Part shown: in pieces, positions 26,522 through 39,430 of the stretch | How the letters are laid out: each line of letters opens with the position of its first letter | Numbering within the stretch: the stretch's first letter is position 1 | Assembly (NCBI GenBank): GCA_904063045.1 | Contig: CAJFCJ010000012.1 | Coordinates: 2,771,576-2,835,575, forward strand | Length of the DNA: 64,000 bases | DNA from: Dimorphilus gyrociliatus | Taxonomy: Eukaryota; Animalia; Annelida | Direction: 5' to 3' | Notes under the pieces: model-generated | What the model saw: the letters and a program-made list of their open reading frames with translations, nothing else | The model's database searches: none | Told to the model about the DNA's origin: nothing | Position numbers and translations under genes: made by a program

Positions 26522-26745
26522 ATGACGTTTGATCAAATGTTCAACAGCTGCGTGACCTATATTTATTGTTTGAGATATCTCAGCTTGGCTTATTATCTCC
26601 TATTATCTCTGATTAGTGCAATAACTCTTTCCTTATTTTCATTGTTACTGGCTGTTCTTGGGTGTCCTTACTTATCATCATCATGTATATTTGCTCTTTC
26701 TTCTTTTAATTCTCTAACCCACTTCCTTACTGAACCTTCAGTAAT
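26522..26745 (-). mobile_element. Mariner transposase N-terminal (HTH) relic
   Basis: Reverse translation ITEGSVRKWVRELKEERANIHDDDK*GHPRTASNNENKERVIALIRDNRR, then EISQTINIGHAAVEHLIKRH after a frameshift; this matches the mariner W...D..RSGRP...DRR pattern. Confidence 0.78.
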
Positions 26746-27149
26746 GTTGTATAACCAAAGAAAGCTTTCAAATACTTATAACTATCAATTGCAATAACTT
26801 GCAGTGATACAAGATAGTGAATAATTACTCCCTACTTTATATCATGATCCAGTTCTTAAAAGACTTTCATGAAACACAAAAAATTGGGTCAGATTAGGAT
26901 TTGGATCAAATATAAAAGGAATTGGATGAATATCTCTAGATTAGGCTTAATGTAAAACCTGCAAAATAAGCACAATTTTACCCATAACAAAAATATACTC
27001 ATTATCTTAACTAATTATTCATTAAATATTATTATTCATAAATTTTCCGAATCGTTTAATAATTTAGAGATTCTTCTAGAAATATCTAAGAACATTTATG
27101 TAATTTATTAATTTTTATCTGGGTGATGTCAATATGTAAAGTTGAACAA

Positions 27150-28110
27150 ATCTGCTTATATGTCATACTTTTTTCAATATTCATTGTTCAAACCTTCACA
27201 TAAAAATTGAAGAAGAATTTCTAGCCTCTGCTAAGTGGATTATAGTTATTCACTTTATGGAATATTCATATTGGTGTTTCAATATTTCCTTCAATAAATC
27301 ACCTAACCAATAGCTTTGCCCTTCAGACAAATTACAGAGAGAAAAGTCTACTGTACAAAGGGATTTTGAACAGCTTTATAATCCTTTGCATATACTTTCC
27401 ATGCCTTTTCCAAGTTTGTCATTATCGGCTAAATTAATATCCTGTAAATTATGACAATCTTTCAACAGATCACCAAGCTAGTAACCTTGTTGTTTTTTTA
27501 ATTTGGTATAACTAAAGTCTAGTTTCAAAAGAGTATTAGATGAATGTTTTAAGCCTATACAAATATCCTAAAATACTTCTTGTTCACGGATACGACAGAA
27601 AACGTCCACAAATCAGTGCTTTTACCCTAACCCTAACTCAGCCCTTAGCTGTACCTAACATTTCCATTACCCCTAACCCTCAGAACGGACCCTCTCAACT
27701 ACAAACCAGTTGCTGTTTTCTTTGGCCTAACCATTTCTCAATCCAAATTTTTGTCTTGAAATTTCTCATTTGTGGACGTTTTCTGTCGACCCCCTTGTTC
27801 ACTGTTGGAGCTTAGATGAACATTTTACTGATTACTGCATTTTTTTAATAGATCAGATAACCAGTGGCTTTGTTTTGGAAGTAAAGACCATCCTTGTAAA
27901 TTAATATTCAATAGGGATCCAGATGACGATTTTAATTCCTTACATATTTTATCAAATCCCCAACTGAATGTACTAACTAAACTTATGTCAATTTCCCTAA
28001 TTAAGGGAAAATCAAGTCACATTTAGAAAACTTAATACTCCAAAGAGATTTTGCAGATGCTTTTAATCCATTGCAGATAAATTTCAAGCCATTGTCTAAA
28101 CATTGATTAT
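27150..28110 (-). pseudogene. Pseudogene of ribonuclease-inhibitor-type LRR repeats, paralogous to 58831-61338 and interrupted by a MITE
   Basis: DICIGLKHSSNTLLKLDFSYTKLKKQQGY*LGDLLKDCHNLQDINLADNDKLGKGMESICKGL*SCSKSLCTVDFSLCNL; also GLKFICNGLKASAKSLWSIKFSKCDL; in-frame stops. Confidence 0.8.
27588..27793 (+). mobile_element. MITE with a perfect 9-bp TSD
   Basis: TIR GGATACGACAGAAAACGTCCACAAAT / ATTTGTGGACGTTTTCTGTCGACCCC; TSD CTTGTTCAC at 27579-27587 and 27794-27802; internal ccctaaccctaa. Confidence 0.92.
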
Positions 28111-28385
28111 CGGGATTATCGGTTACAAACGAAACCTTCATCCACTTCATTTTTACAATCGTATTTCAAGTCGCACAAAAGATTTTTATCAATGCAAAAG
28201 GTTTTTATATTATTTTATTAATATTTTTAAATATTAAGTAGTTTCTCATGCTTTTTCCTTTTTTTCTTCATTTGCAGGTTACAAAATGGAAAAGAAACTT
28301 TAAGTTATTTGTTTTTAAATATTTGAATTTTCAATTTAAAAACTACTCAACATTTCAAATATTAATAGAAAAACAAATTATGCAA

Positions 28386-29837
28386 TTATACAGAAATGAC
28401 CGATAGAAGAATGATTAAGTAAAAAATAACTAAATTAATTTCATTGGTTTTTGATGAACCACCTGGAAAATAGAAATAAAGTACTGATTGAAAAATGGAT
28501 GTATCTGAATTTTTAAAACTTACTAGTTGACTTTGAATATGATACTGTTTTGGTTAATGTATTCCTTTTCTCTTTTACAATATTCCAGGCTGTACATTCA
28601 TAATCATTTTTACCCTGCCATTCATCTTTAATTACCAGTTTTGAATCTGTTGAAACAATTGTACCATTTTTCTGTAGAAATTTGTGATAATTTTAACACA
28701 GATTACATAAAAGAAAAACCAAAATGGCTACCATTCTCCATTCATATTTAGGAATAGGATTTCCTATTGCTGAACAAATGAGTTCATCTTTCTTAATATC
28801 CTTTGCTATATTTATATCTCTAACTTTGTCTAAAATTTCGTTTGGATCATTAAATTCAAAATCCATTTTTTAAAAAAAAAATAATTCAATACCTACATTC
28901 AACTTTAATTTTCACAGGATTTTTACTTTTAAATAAAAGAAAATTATCATTTCCATCTTTATATAACTTTAATTGACAATAGAAAGCTTCATTATTCATA
29001 TCCCATGTTGCAATAATAGAACTATTTAACGTAATTAATCCATCAGTATAGGTTATTGTTGAAAATGAGCTTATCTGTCTATCTTTCATCATAACTTCAA
29101 AATTGATACTCGATGAACCCCATAAATTAAATTCACAGATAAAATCAAATTTTTCATCTTCAACTTGAACAGTTAAAGGATATTTTACAATTCTTAGATC
29201 AGAATCTATTTGAAAATTTCATTTAAAAATGACAGTTAACTTATGAATAAAAAACCCTATTATTTTAAATTACCATATAAGGCTATTGCAGTTGTCTTAG
29301 AATCAGCACTATTGTCATCAGTAACTGTTGCATTTATTATAAAACCATCAATCTGTTTTGGATGGAATTTTTGTGTAAACTAAATCTATGTTGCATTAAA
29401 CATTAACTTACTTTTTTTACATTGTTAACTGTGAATAGATAAGTTGAACTTTCTCCGCTAGGTGTCACCTGCCATCTATTTTTGTAGTAATCAGTAAAAT
29501 TAGGAGTTTTATAAATTAACTGATTAACATCACTGTAAAGCCTTTCTAATTGAATTCCATTAATTTCTATAATTTAAAAAACAAAATTTTTAAAGCAATT
29601 TCTCTCTTTTTTGGTGGAAATTTCAATATTTACTGCTGAGACCGTATCGTATATTCAACGTTTCACCAAGTTTAGCAACAACCCGACTGGGAGCTTGATA
29701 AATTTGTACTGAAAATTATGAAATGTCTAATTATCATCATTACAAATTAAAGAACAATTTTTACCTCCAGAAATTTGTGTCACAATATTTAACATTGAAA
29801 AAATATAGATAACTTTTTTATTAATATTTCTATCCAT
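28386..29837 (-). CDS. Ig-superfamily surface protein (about 3 Ig domains, hydrophobic C-terminus); multi-exon
   Basis: MDRNINKKVIYIFSMLNIVTQISG then a GT donor; APSRVVAKLGETLNI; EAFYCQLKLY; LICSAIGNPIPKYEWR; NDYECTAWN; last exon INLVIFYLIILLSVISV*. Confidence 0.72.
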
Positions 29838-29920
29838 CTCTTCTATCAAACTTTCAGCTACAATTATCTTTGACACTACAGCCTGTTCTTAAAGTTAATA
29901 CATCTATTTGTACTAAACTT

Positions 29921-29932
29921 TGCGCATGCGCA
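29921..29932. promoter_or_regulatory. NRF-1/EWG-type palindrome TGCGCATGCGCA
   Basis: Exact consensus 84 bp upstream of the predicted Ig-gene ATG, in very CpG-poor DNA. Confidence 0.55.
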
Positions 29933-30291
29933 TAAAAGAACCTTTACACTTTTGATTTGTAAGCGGATTATTTTTAAATTTTACGAATTGTACGAATAAT
30001 ATAACAGTCAGAGTAGTCCTAATGTTGTTTATAATGTTTGATGATGTACAATAGAGACCTTCGCACCATTTTAGATTACTTTTGTAAAATACGCCTATTT
30101 AAAGATAATGTTATCTGCAAAAAGAGTAATGACTCGATACTGGTATAAAACGCCTTATAATATTATCAAATTTTAGCTTAATTGATAGTAGTAATAATGA
30201 AAAAAATGAGTCAATAAATATTCCATTTTCTTGGTGTGACAGTAAAAAAATAGTACACTTTTATATTATAAGCTTTATCTATCTTTTATCT

Positions 30292-30316
30292 TATATATAT
30301 ATATATATATATATAT
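30292..30316. repeat. (TA)n microsatellite
   Basis: Uninterrupted tatata run. Confidence 0.85.
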
Positions 30317-31566
30317 CTTTCTTATATCTTTAAAGCTTATCTTTTAATCATTAATTTTAACAATGATAATAGTTTTACATGAAGTCTCCTTAGGCCTACA
30401 CACTTAGAAATGAAGACCTACAAAGACGTTCAGACTTGGTTGCCTCCTTCGAATAATGATATAATATTTGTAGAGGAGAGGTGATCAACTGCAAATTGAC
30501 AATGCTCAGAAATATCTAGGTTAAAGAGAGAGGGAATGAAATTTTTTTCTTTCAATACAATGAGTAGTTCAAATATTCAAATAATTGCTTTTTCTCTCTT
30601 TCTCTTAAATGAGAGCTATTGTTCTCTGGGTAGATTTTTGTATGTAAAAAACCGGAAGTGGACTATGTTATCACTTGAAATTTCTTAACACATACAAACA
30701 AGCAGATATTTTCGTGAATTTAATAACTGATTGAAACAAAATAAACATTCAACACTAGTCAATTGTAGCTGGAACAATTCAAAATTAGATGAATGCCTCT
30801 AATTCTAAGAAGAAATTTACCGAAATATTTAAAATATAACTTATATCGGAATGTTTTACTTTTCAGGATTGTAGGCCAAGTGGGTTTTTATAGTAACATT
30901 CTGTTATTATCTATTCAAATCCGAGAGGAGAGCAAATGAATTAACCTCATCTATGATTGTCCATAGTAGATTAATTTTTAAAGATACCCTTGACCTTTCA
31001 AGTTGAATTTTTTTTTCATTTTCACTATTCAAGTATCAATGCTTTTAACAGCTGCAAAATTATTCAATAATTCTTTTCTCTAATTTCCGCTGTTCTTTCA
31101 CTAGTCAACTGTTTCTTCTCGCATGAGTAACGCCCATGTTTTATGTAATTTAATGACATTCCAACACATAAACATCTGTTAAATCTGCAAAAGCGGCAAG
31201 CGAAAATTCAGTCCCTATCTGGATTGTAGAGATGGCGATAAGGTTGATTAAAATCTCTCAATAAGTAGGTCACTACCTAAATATATAATAATATTTACCC
31301 CGTAGAAGGACTACCGCAAACAGAACATGGCGGTAGTGTTTCCCAATAGTAGCTGTATTGAATTCAACTAGGTGCACACCAATTTTGAACTTGAAATTAA
31401 ACTTCAAAATTTTGCCACTTCTAGACGTTTCCTATTTGGCACTTGCTTGGAGTAGTTTTAAATTTATAGTAAAGGCAACAGTAACAACTGACAAAATGTG
31501 AATGATTTCTATATTTAAAAATGTTCATTTTACAGTGACAATAAAAGCAAAAGAAAAAGTAAATGT

Positions 31567-32460
31567 TTATGTTGAAGATGCTACTCTATTCTTTTTGAAT
31601 AGTTGAAAAAATGAAAGTTTAATTGAAGAATTACCAATAATCGTTATTATTGGATTAAATACAGCTTGAGAAATGATTATGATATCTGATGATCTGACGA
31701 TTTTAAATGATAAACTTGTTGGTTTTCGATAATATAAAAAATATGTTAAAGAATATAACATCCAAACAGAAGACATTAAAATTAATTGTAGTAAAGTTGC
31801 TTTAGAAGACTTTGAAATATTCTTACCTTTCTTTGTCTGTTCTTGAATATGAATTGTGTGTTTTTTAGCCAATTTCAAAACTTTTAAATGAAGAATTAAA
31901 GCTCCAAAAATATTTGGCAGAAAGATACATTGATAAATAAAAAAATATTCATTTTCATACACCATAGATCCTTGGCAGATTCCACCTTTTCTATAGCCAA
32001 ACAATGGAATATATGATGGAAAGAGACACAAGATAAATGTAAGGAGAACGATAAGGATAATAATAAAATATGATTTACAATGAGTAAAATATCTATCATA
32101 ATGAAAAGGATATTTAATCATAATATATCTATAAATAAAACAAAATAACAAGAATATTTGAGATTCAACATATAAAATAGCTTTTAATAAATAAAATACA
32201 ACACAAAAAAATGGCATAACCATTTCAAAATTTATGAATAATAATAAATTCGTTTCTGCAACATTCCAGATTAACGTAAACAAGTCTGCAACAGTTATAG
32301 CTGGAATAAATATTATTACTGTTTTCGTAATATTTCCATCTTTCAAAATTAAAAATAGTACCAGACTATTTAATATAGTTCCAAAACTGAACAGACAGTA
32401 ATAGATTGTTGCTAAAACTAGTTCAAAATTTTCATTTTCAAACAAAGTGGTATTATTCAT
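31567..32460 (-). CDS. Intronless rhodopsin-like (class A) orphan GPCR, 297 aa
   Basis: Seven hydrophobic segments; GTILNSLV, ITVADL, FIYRY (DRY position), GGIC, VFNPIIT. Confidence 0.9.
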   Translation of the reverse strand: MNNTTLFENENFELVLATIYYCLFSFGTILNSLVLFLILKDGNITKTVIIFIPAITVADLFTLIWNVAETNLLLFINFEMVMPFFCVVFYLLKAILYVESQIFLLFCFIYRYIMIKYPFHYDRYFTHCKSYFIIILIVLLTFILCLFPSYIPLFGYRKGGICQGSMVYENEYFFIYQCIFLPNIFGALILHLKVLKLAKKHTIHIQEQTKKGKNISKSSKATLLQLILMSSVWMLYSLTYFLYYRKPTSLSFKIVRSSDIIIISQAVFNPIITIIGNSSIKLSFFQLFKKNRVASST

Positions 32461-33204
32461 ATTTGTTATTAGAGAGAGAGACAGAGAGAGAGTGAGAGAC
32501 GGAGAGAAATTAATTTATTCCTATAATAATAATGCAGATATTATTCATATACATGATTTTACTTAATGGAAGTCATCTCTTTTCTCTCTGCATCTTTCAT
32601 AAATGCTCTGTAAATTTATGTTTCCATTGTTGAAACTTTCAACTAAACTGCTGCTCATTTATGGATATTTATGCAATTTTAGCCTTTCTATTTTTAATTA
32701 AACATTCATGTGCCATCAATCAGACAGGTAATATGGAAAGTCATTAAAAGTAGGTGCACAAAATATAGAAATATCCCTTCCAATTAGTCAATCAATTAGA
32801 AAATGTTAATACTGCAATAATTATCATGCAGATGGTGTTAAGAACAATGACTATATAAACTAATCAGTTCATTTTTTCTACTGGCAGGTTAAATAGTTGA
32901 TACTTGCACTTTCCAAGTCTTTCAGAGAGAATAAAAGCTGCAATTCACAATTAAAATGAGCACAGGTAAGCAGATGAGTTCCTTGTTGAGAATTAAAATT
33001 TCTTGTATCTTCTAAATTTACCCTCTTCAGGCTCTGAACAGATTACACAAATGACAGAAGGGTTAGATAAAGTATGATCATTGTTTAGTGATTTGGAATG
33101 TTACAGAGTAATTTAAATTTTTCTCTTCCAGAAGCCGAAAGAGTTTTCTGAGCATACTCAACTTATCATTTTAATAGCTGTTATTTTATTCTGTAGTTCT
33201 CTTT

Positions 33205-33447
33205 CTTGGCCAATTTATGCGTTTGCAAGTTACAACGATACTGGTACTACTCGGACCTTTTAAACAAATGTTTAAATGAAAATGGTTTATTCAAAATAAT
33301 AATACTTAAGCAAGTAGCAATATGATAGTTCAATAGCAGAGTAGATAGTTCATAATAGCAGGTTGCCAAATTACTAAACTGTCTTCCAATGTTGAGGAGT
33401 AGATGGATGGCTCCAGTGGAGGTTGTTTCCAGATTATCTTCTCAGGT
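33205..33447. repeat. Dispersed repeat of about 240 bp (other copy 57386-57629; partial copy about 40310-40385)
   Basis: aatttatgcgtttgcaagtta...gcagagtagatagttc...ccaatgttgaggagtagatg...ggaggttgtttccag is shared between copies. Confidence 0.88.
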
Positions 33448-33764
33448 GCGGGTATTTTGATGCAAACAAACATGAGTAGAATGAAAATAGTGAGGGTTTA
33501 TATACTTTTAAAGACAAAACTTAAAGAGTTCTGCTTTTGTAAACACTTTGATAAACTGGCAAATGATTGGAAAGGACAAATGCTATTAAGATAAAGCAAA
33601 AAATTTTCCTCTTTAAAAATAAAGACTCTTGTAAATTGTTTTCAGTAATTGACATGACTTCTTTTTTTTCTATTTAGTACTACTAAATCATTAATACAGT
33701 GATAATGCTAAAGAGTACTTTTTATCTTTATCTTTCATTTTATTCTTATTCCAATTAGGTAGAT

Positions 33765-35110
33765 TTAAATACAATCCTTATCGTCATAATATTTAACATA
33801 TATGTCATATGCTGAAGTAAGTGCTCCCTCTTGAAAAGCTTTCTTCAAATAGCATATATTACTACTTTTATGATATTTAAATGCTCTAAAAACAGAAACA
33901 AATAACAAGAAAAATTTAGTTTGTGCCTGTCTTTTCAAAAAAAGAAAAGAAACCTGCAAAGATTTTCAGTAGAATAAACTCTAAAACATTCTTCGATGTT
34001 GACCACACTTTTGTTATCAGATCCCCATATTTCAGAAATGTATGGTGTTGTTGCAGATACTGTACTTGAATATTTTTGAAAGTTTACAACTGTTAAAGTG
34101 AAAGAGGTTCAAAATCAATAGCCCTATAAAAAGAAAAGGAAAAGTAGTTTTATAAAGAGATTTGTGTTATATTATTTTGACATACTTGCATTCTGCATAA
34201 TAGTTACATATATCCATGCATACTTTAATATCTTCTACAATTTTTGTATTTGTATTCCACTTTGGATGTACAAAATCAAGACTTTGATTAACACTACTTT
34301 CTTCATAAAGACTGTATTGTAATTCTAAACAAGCAAATAATTCTTTTTTAAAATAATCATAATTAATAATTAAATTATTTTTGGATAATTGTAGATTTGG
34401 TGGCAGATACATTCTCTCTGTATCTTTTTCTATCTATTTCTATTTCATAGGTATTCAGTTGGACTACCTGACACCCATGTTTGAAAAAGAAAGCAACTTT
34501 TTTGCTACTTACCTCTTTGAATTTTAACATAGACATTGTGGCTGAAAGAAATTTCTTTGCCATAGTATCCACTTTTCAGACTGCAAGTTTGATTGTTAGG
34601 ATTATAATCAATTGCTCTGAGAAAATTGAAAAATATTATGGAATTGATTATTGTATTTTCTATAAATAACAAACTTGCAAAAATATTCCATATTGCAAAT
34701 AGTTAAACATTCTTCAACTTTTTCAATATTTTGTGATAATTTCCACGCCCATTTTGTTGGTATAAGAGGTAAACTATGTTTAGTTATTGAGTTTTCATAT
34801 AGCTTATACTGATCAAATATTCCTGAAAATGAAAAGGAAGGTTATATTTAAAAATTTTGTTACTATCTATAATCCTTTAAAATAGTTTAACCATTCCATT
34901 TGGCATTTTTATATGTAAATTATATTCTGGATTATCCTGGATTGATCACATACTTTTTGACATTGCTCAATATTTGTTCCATTTATAAATGTTGATTCAA
35001 CAATTGGAGATTTTAATGAAGGCATACTAGGATTTGTGTCTGAATTCTCATAAACTAAATATTGACTTGCTGTGTGAGGAAGCAGAAAAATTAGGAATAT
35101 CTTTGTTGTC
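33765..35110 (-). CDS. Putative secreted multi-PAN/Apple-domain protein; multi-exon, boundaries approximate
   Basis: KIFLIFLLPHTASQY (signal-like); TNIEQCQKVCD; VCMDICNYYAECKYV; IEECFRVYSTENLCR|AFKYHKSSNICYLK (PAN pattern C..F.Y......CYLK). Confidence 0.6.
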
Positions 35111-35689
35111 CTTTTAAAATTATTATATTTATTTATTAGTATAAATAGCTAAAATTGATTTATATAGGTAAGATATTATTGAATAGGAATAATCTGTTTC
35201 AATAAAAATAAAAAACTATTGAAACCCTTTCAAAGTCCTATATCTTCCTCTACTGTTTTTTCATTTTTTTGATTTATCATTGTTTTTTTATTATACTTAA
35301 GCAAATATAATTGGTGAAATTGATTAATTGATTAATCATTCTTTACTTAAATATGTAATTTTTTATATAAAAGAAATAAATTATACAAATAAACAGTTGA
35401 GAAAATGTTCAGTCATAGGACATTTCAAGGTCCTGTACTTCCAACTGGAATCTGGTTTAGACAGCTTTGGATGATTAGTTATTGCTTTACGCGATTACTA
35501 TATCCTTCTATTGCTTCTAGGTTTTTCAGTTGTTTTTTCAGCAATTTCATTTTCACCATTACTATTGATATCCTGAAAGTATTCTGCATCTAGAAAATTA
35601 CACAAAATAATATCTTTACTTTGTATAAGCTGTGTTGTGAGTTCTTTATCACTTTTTTCTTTAGTAGATCTTTTAAATTATTTTTTGTT

Positions 35690-36258
35690 TCTTCCCTCAC
35701 CAATGCTTGATGATCAGTCAGGTATATAGTATTTTCTCAAATTCCACATCCACAAGGGCCATCACCCACTTTACTATTCTCAAATTACGTTTGTTTTCAG
35801 CAAATGTCTGAACTAAGCTTTGGTGTTAAGTATATAAGAAAGACTTCTTTATCTATGGTACTATGAAAAAAATTTATGCTTTTACCATGTTGCTTTATCA
35901 AATTTTGTTGGAATATCGTAATCTTTGCAAAGTCCTTAATGAAATTTCTATAATATCCGAAAAAAGCAACAAAATTGAGTAATGTGTTGTCAAATAGAGA
36001 TTTATATGATTCTTCGATCCTAATAATTATTCTTATCCAAATTTTTATTAATAGTCTCATTCCAGATTGTTCAAATGCTATTATTTTTTTACGCAAGGAA
36101 CAAAGGCTAATTAGTTGGAGAGAGTTGGAGAGTTTCCTTTTGGTATTAGAGATTCTTGGGATTTTTGCTTCATTTTCAGAGAAGGATCCATCCAACCAAA
36201 GTAAAGAGTCTTTTCTGATTAATTTCATATTGGATGCTACATAGAATCCCAATTGCAT
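35690..36258 (-). mobile_element. Ty3/Gypsy RT-RNase H relic
   Basis: LLNFVAFFGYYRNFIKDFAKIT matches the Gypsy FLG..GYYRxFIxxFA motif; downstream RIVKWVMAL and YLTDHQAL fragments. Confidence 0.75.
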
Positions 36259-36583
36259 TAAACAGCAAATTTAGTAAAGACTAAAGATAAGATTTAAAAC
36301 ATGAAAGAAGATGTTGAAAAGATGAAAAGTCAAGTTAAAAATATTGAAGCTTATATCTGAGAAGATTATTAAGTACCAGAAAAAGCAGTATACTGAAATA
36401 GAGAAAAAATATTTGAAATTTGGAAAATTATAGACTAGAAGGGCTTTTGGCTTATGAACTATTAGTTCAAATATCATATATTTATGCTATATAATATTCT
36501 TTTTTTTAAATGTTTTTATTTCACTTTTTTCATATTTTTATCTTTTATAATTAAGTGCTTTTTATTATCATTTTCTTTTTATT

Positions 36584-37020
36584 TTATATGCTTTTCTTAA
36601 ATATTAATAAATGTAATTTCAAGGGTATGGGTTCACCCAAAAGGGATATTTTTTTGTACCCAGGTACAGTTTCATCCACTCCCGCATCAACTACCTCCAA
36701 AGTGTCTTTTGAATTTAATTGTTCCTGATGAGTCCTTGGTATTAAACACGAAGAGTGAACAATGTCTTCATCAACAGAAATGTTTGCTAAATCTTTCTTT
36801 GTAAATATTCGATTATCTTTAAGTGACAAATTGTAAATTCTCAAACCAGTTGATGAGGGAATCCTAATATAATTCCTCTTATATATTATGCTCATTAAAT
36901 ATAAATTATTTCTTATAAACTCCAATAAACTATCTTTTAAAAACCAGACAGTCATAATTCTAGAAGACAGCAGTAAAAAAGTCAAATGACTATATAAATG
37001 CTGAAGATTTCCACTTACTG
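36584..37020 (-). mobile_element. Possible BEL/Pao RT relic
   Basis: SHLTFLLLSSRI...EFIRNNLY...IY...RIF loosely follows the BEL SSPFLL...I..NLYVD pattern; the catalytic DD is absent. Confidence 0.4.
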
Positions 37021-37824
37021 TTAGTGTCGTATGTTTACATTGTTGTATTATTGTACACATTGAAAAAACCTGTATTTCACAGAAAATAGAAAAATTGATT
37101 GTAACAGATGGAGCACTGAAAACATACTGCTCAACATTCATTATTTTTCATTACTGGGTACTTGTTAACTAAATCTAATAGATTTAATTTAGATAAAACT
37201 TGCTATGTAGTAAGATTTTAACCTCATCACGGCAGGAAAGCACTAATTTTGCTCATTCGACTGGATTCTCATCTTTTTAAATTGGTTTGTATCCATAAAC
37301 AGTGATTTCCACTATCATTAAAACATATTGATTGTTAATTGAGATATGTAAATTAAGCAAACGGAAATGTCAAAAGGCAAATCAAAGGGACGAACATCCA
37401 GACTAAGAAGAAAGCATGTAAAGAAAACCAAAACTACATCAAAGAGTGATGACAAACAAGCCATGATACATTGAGATATATGATAAGGTAAAGCAACTGC
37501 TGGGCGATCAGGAAATCCTGAATGATAGCATGCTAAACCACAAGACTTATCAAAGAGGTTGGAGGTTGGGTAATATTGCAATGTGTGAGAGCCAGATGAA
37601 GTGCAAAGGGAAGGTACACATCATAATAGAAAAGTTTCACTCTTTGTTGGGGAGTGTCAAAACTGACATTTGGTGTTATGGTTCTTGCGTCGAATGTACG
37701 ATAGTATGAATCTTTTAGTGTGATATGAATGGTCTACGGTTCGCGATCTGTGGGCCATTGTTCTTGGTCGCGTACTGTGGTCGCGGACTGAGTGTTCTAG
37801 AATTCATCCCTTGAAACTTATCTA

Positions 37825-37915
37825 TAAAAACATGTAACCCTAACCCAGACCCGAACCTTGTTTTAAGCACTTCATTGTTCCTAATCCCTAGTTTGGACCC
37901 ACCTAATTACACATG
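37825..37915 (+). mobile_element. Truncated internal fragment of the telomere-repeat MITE
   Basis: accctaaccc...ttcattgttcctaatccctagtttggacccacctaattaca aligns by eye with 56988-57068; TIRs not seen. Confidence 0.5.
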
Positions 37916-38389
37916 ACTGTTGAATGGCACATAAGAAGTGTATTTATTAGTAAACAATAAGAACATTCTTCAGGATTACTTACCATTCTAAAGAATTGTC
38001 AATTGTTAGTGAAGATTAAAGATTTATCATTTTTAGAATTATTCATTCTGAAATACGGAAGGGTAATTCTTTAGAAACATTTCAGATTATGAAAGATAAA
38101 GCAATCAATCAATTGGTAAAGTAAAGTGAGTGAGAAAACATTGACAAGATATATTGCAAAAATATCAGTAAACACATAGCATTGTGTAGGACTGTATGTT
38201 GGCAATGCAACACATTCATTTAAAAGAATTTCAGGAATTTTCAAAGTTGCTTATTCTTAAAACTCTGGTTTGTAGACTTTATTTCATCAATAGTTTATAA
38301 TGAACACAAATAAAGACAATATATTGAAATGTTTGCATTAACACCGTGACTATTGTCAATTATCATTGTTATCATCGTGAAGAGAATTC

Positions 38390-39430
38390 TTAAATTTGTT
38401 TGTCCTTGACATAATTGTTAAAGATTAGTTTACATGTTAAAATATTTATGGAAATGAAGAGTTTTCTTTTTAAACAAGGAAAGATGTAAACATATATAAG
38501 ACTATTGAAAAAGCTGTTTGAAGATGCCAACCAAAATAGAATGAATTTTAAAGTAGGAAACTTTGTCTTGAAATTTGAAAAAAACATTGTTAGAATTAAA
38601 AATGTGCTAAATGGTATCCATAGGATATAGAAAGAGCAAGATGTCAAAATAACAAGTCTAATAACCCTTAAATTTCTCTTTCCTACAGTATTTCTTCCTG
38701 TTGACAATCTCTTCTTCAATAAACTCTGTCTTTTTAGACATAAAACAATTTTGAATGATGAGTAGAGTATTATTCCTGATGCAAAAACTGGTCCAGCTGC
38801 AACATTAATAATTGTATGTAGGTTTAAATCTATTGGCTGACAACAGATCAGTTCACTTTCAAGAAAAGTATACTGTTCCAATCCAAGACTTTTTATTAGA
38901 GGTAAAGAGCTAAAGGTATAAAAGAACAACCAGAAAAAGCAAACTGCAAATTTAACTCTTTTGTAGGTAATAATGTTTTTATATCTGAGAAAATTAACAA
39001 GTTTAGTAAATAAATAAAGCAAATTGAATTTTGAAAATACCATACTTGAAACAATTTACCTGTTTGGATTTGTTACTGCAATGTAACGGTCAACTGTTGT
39101 TAGAGCTATTATCCATAGAGATATCATAGCACTTGAGGTGAATATCACCCCAAAAATTTCACAGTATACATATCCATACGTAAATTTACCAAGAATTGAT
39201 GTCACAAATGATGTTGGTATAAAACAAATATTAAATATACAATCAACTATTGACATATTTATTAGAAGAACTTTTGATGTTGGTGGTATTTGTTTGATGT
39301 TTGAAAGGAACATCAATGCAGATAATGTTGATAAAATTGCCAAAAATACTGGAATTCCAATTATAATTGACCTTTCCGGATTTAAAATAGGGTGTTGAAG
39401 AGTGAAATTGAACAATTTATCATCGTCCAT
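38390..39430 (-). CDS. Two-exon rhodopsin-like GPCR
   Basis: ORF 39056..39430 ends TTVDRYIAVTNPN; the intron AG|GTAAAT...TTCTCAG|A rejoins RYKNIITYKRVK; later ILWIPF and NSFFNSLIY. Confidence 0.88.

Noticed and set aside
27540-27815. + strand 91-aa ORF
   Set aside because: Lies almost entirely within the MITE; Pro/Leu/Thr bias comes from the CCCTAA repeats.
31310-31350. Helitron 3' end
   Set aside because: The hairpin is present, but no CTRR terminus at the expected distance on either strand.
37318-37600. ORF 37318..37581 and its + strand frames as a gene or transposase
   Set aside because: No recognisable motif in any frame; stops interrupt the + strand.
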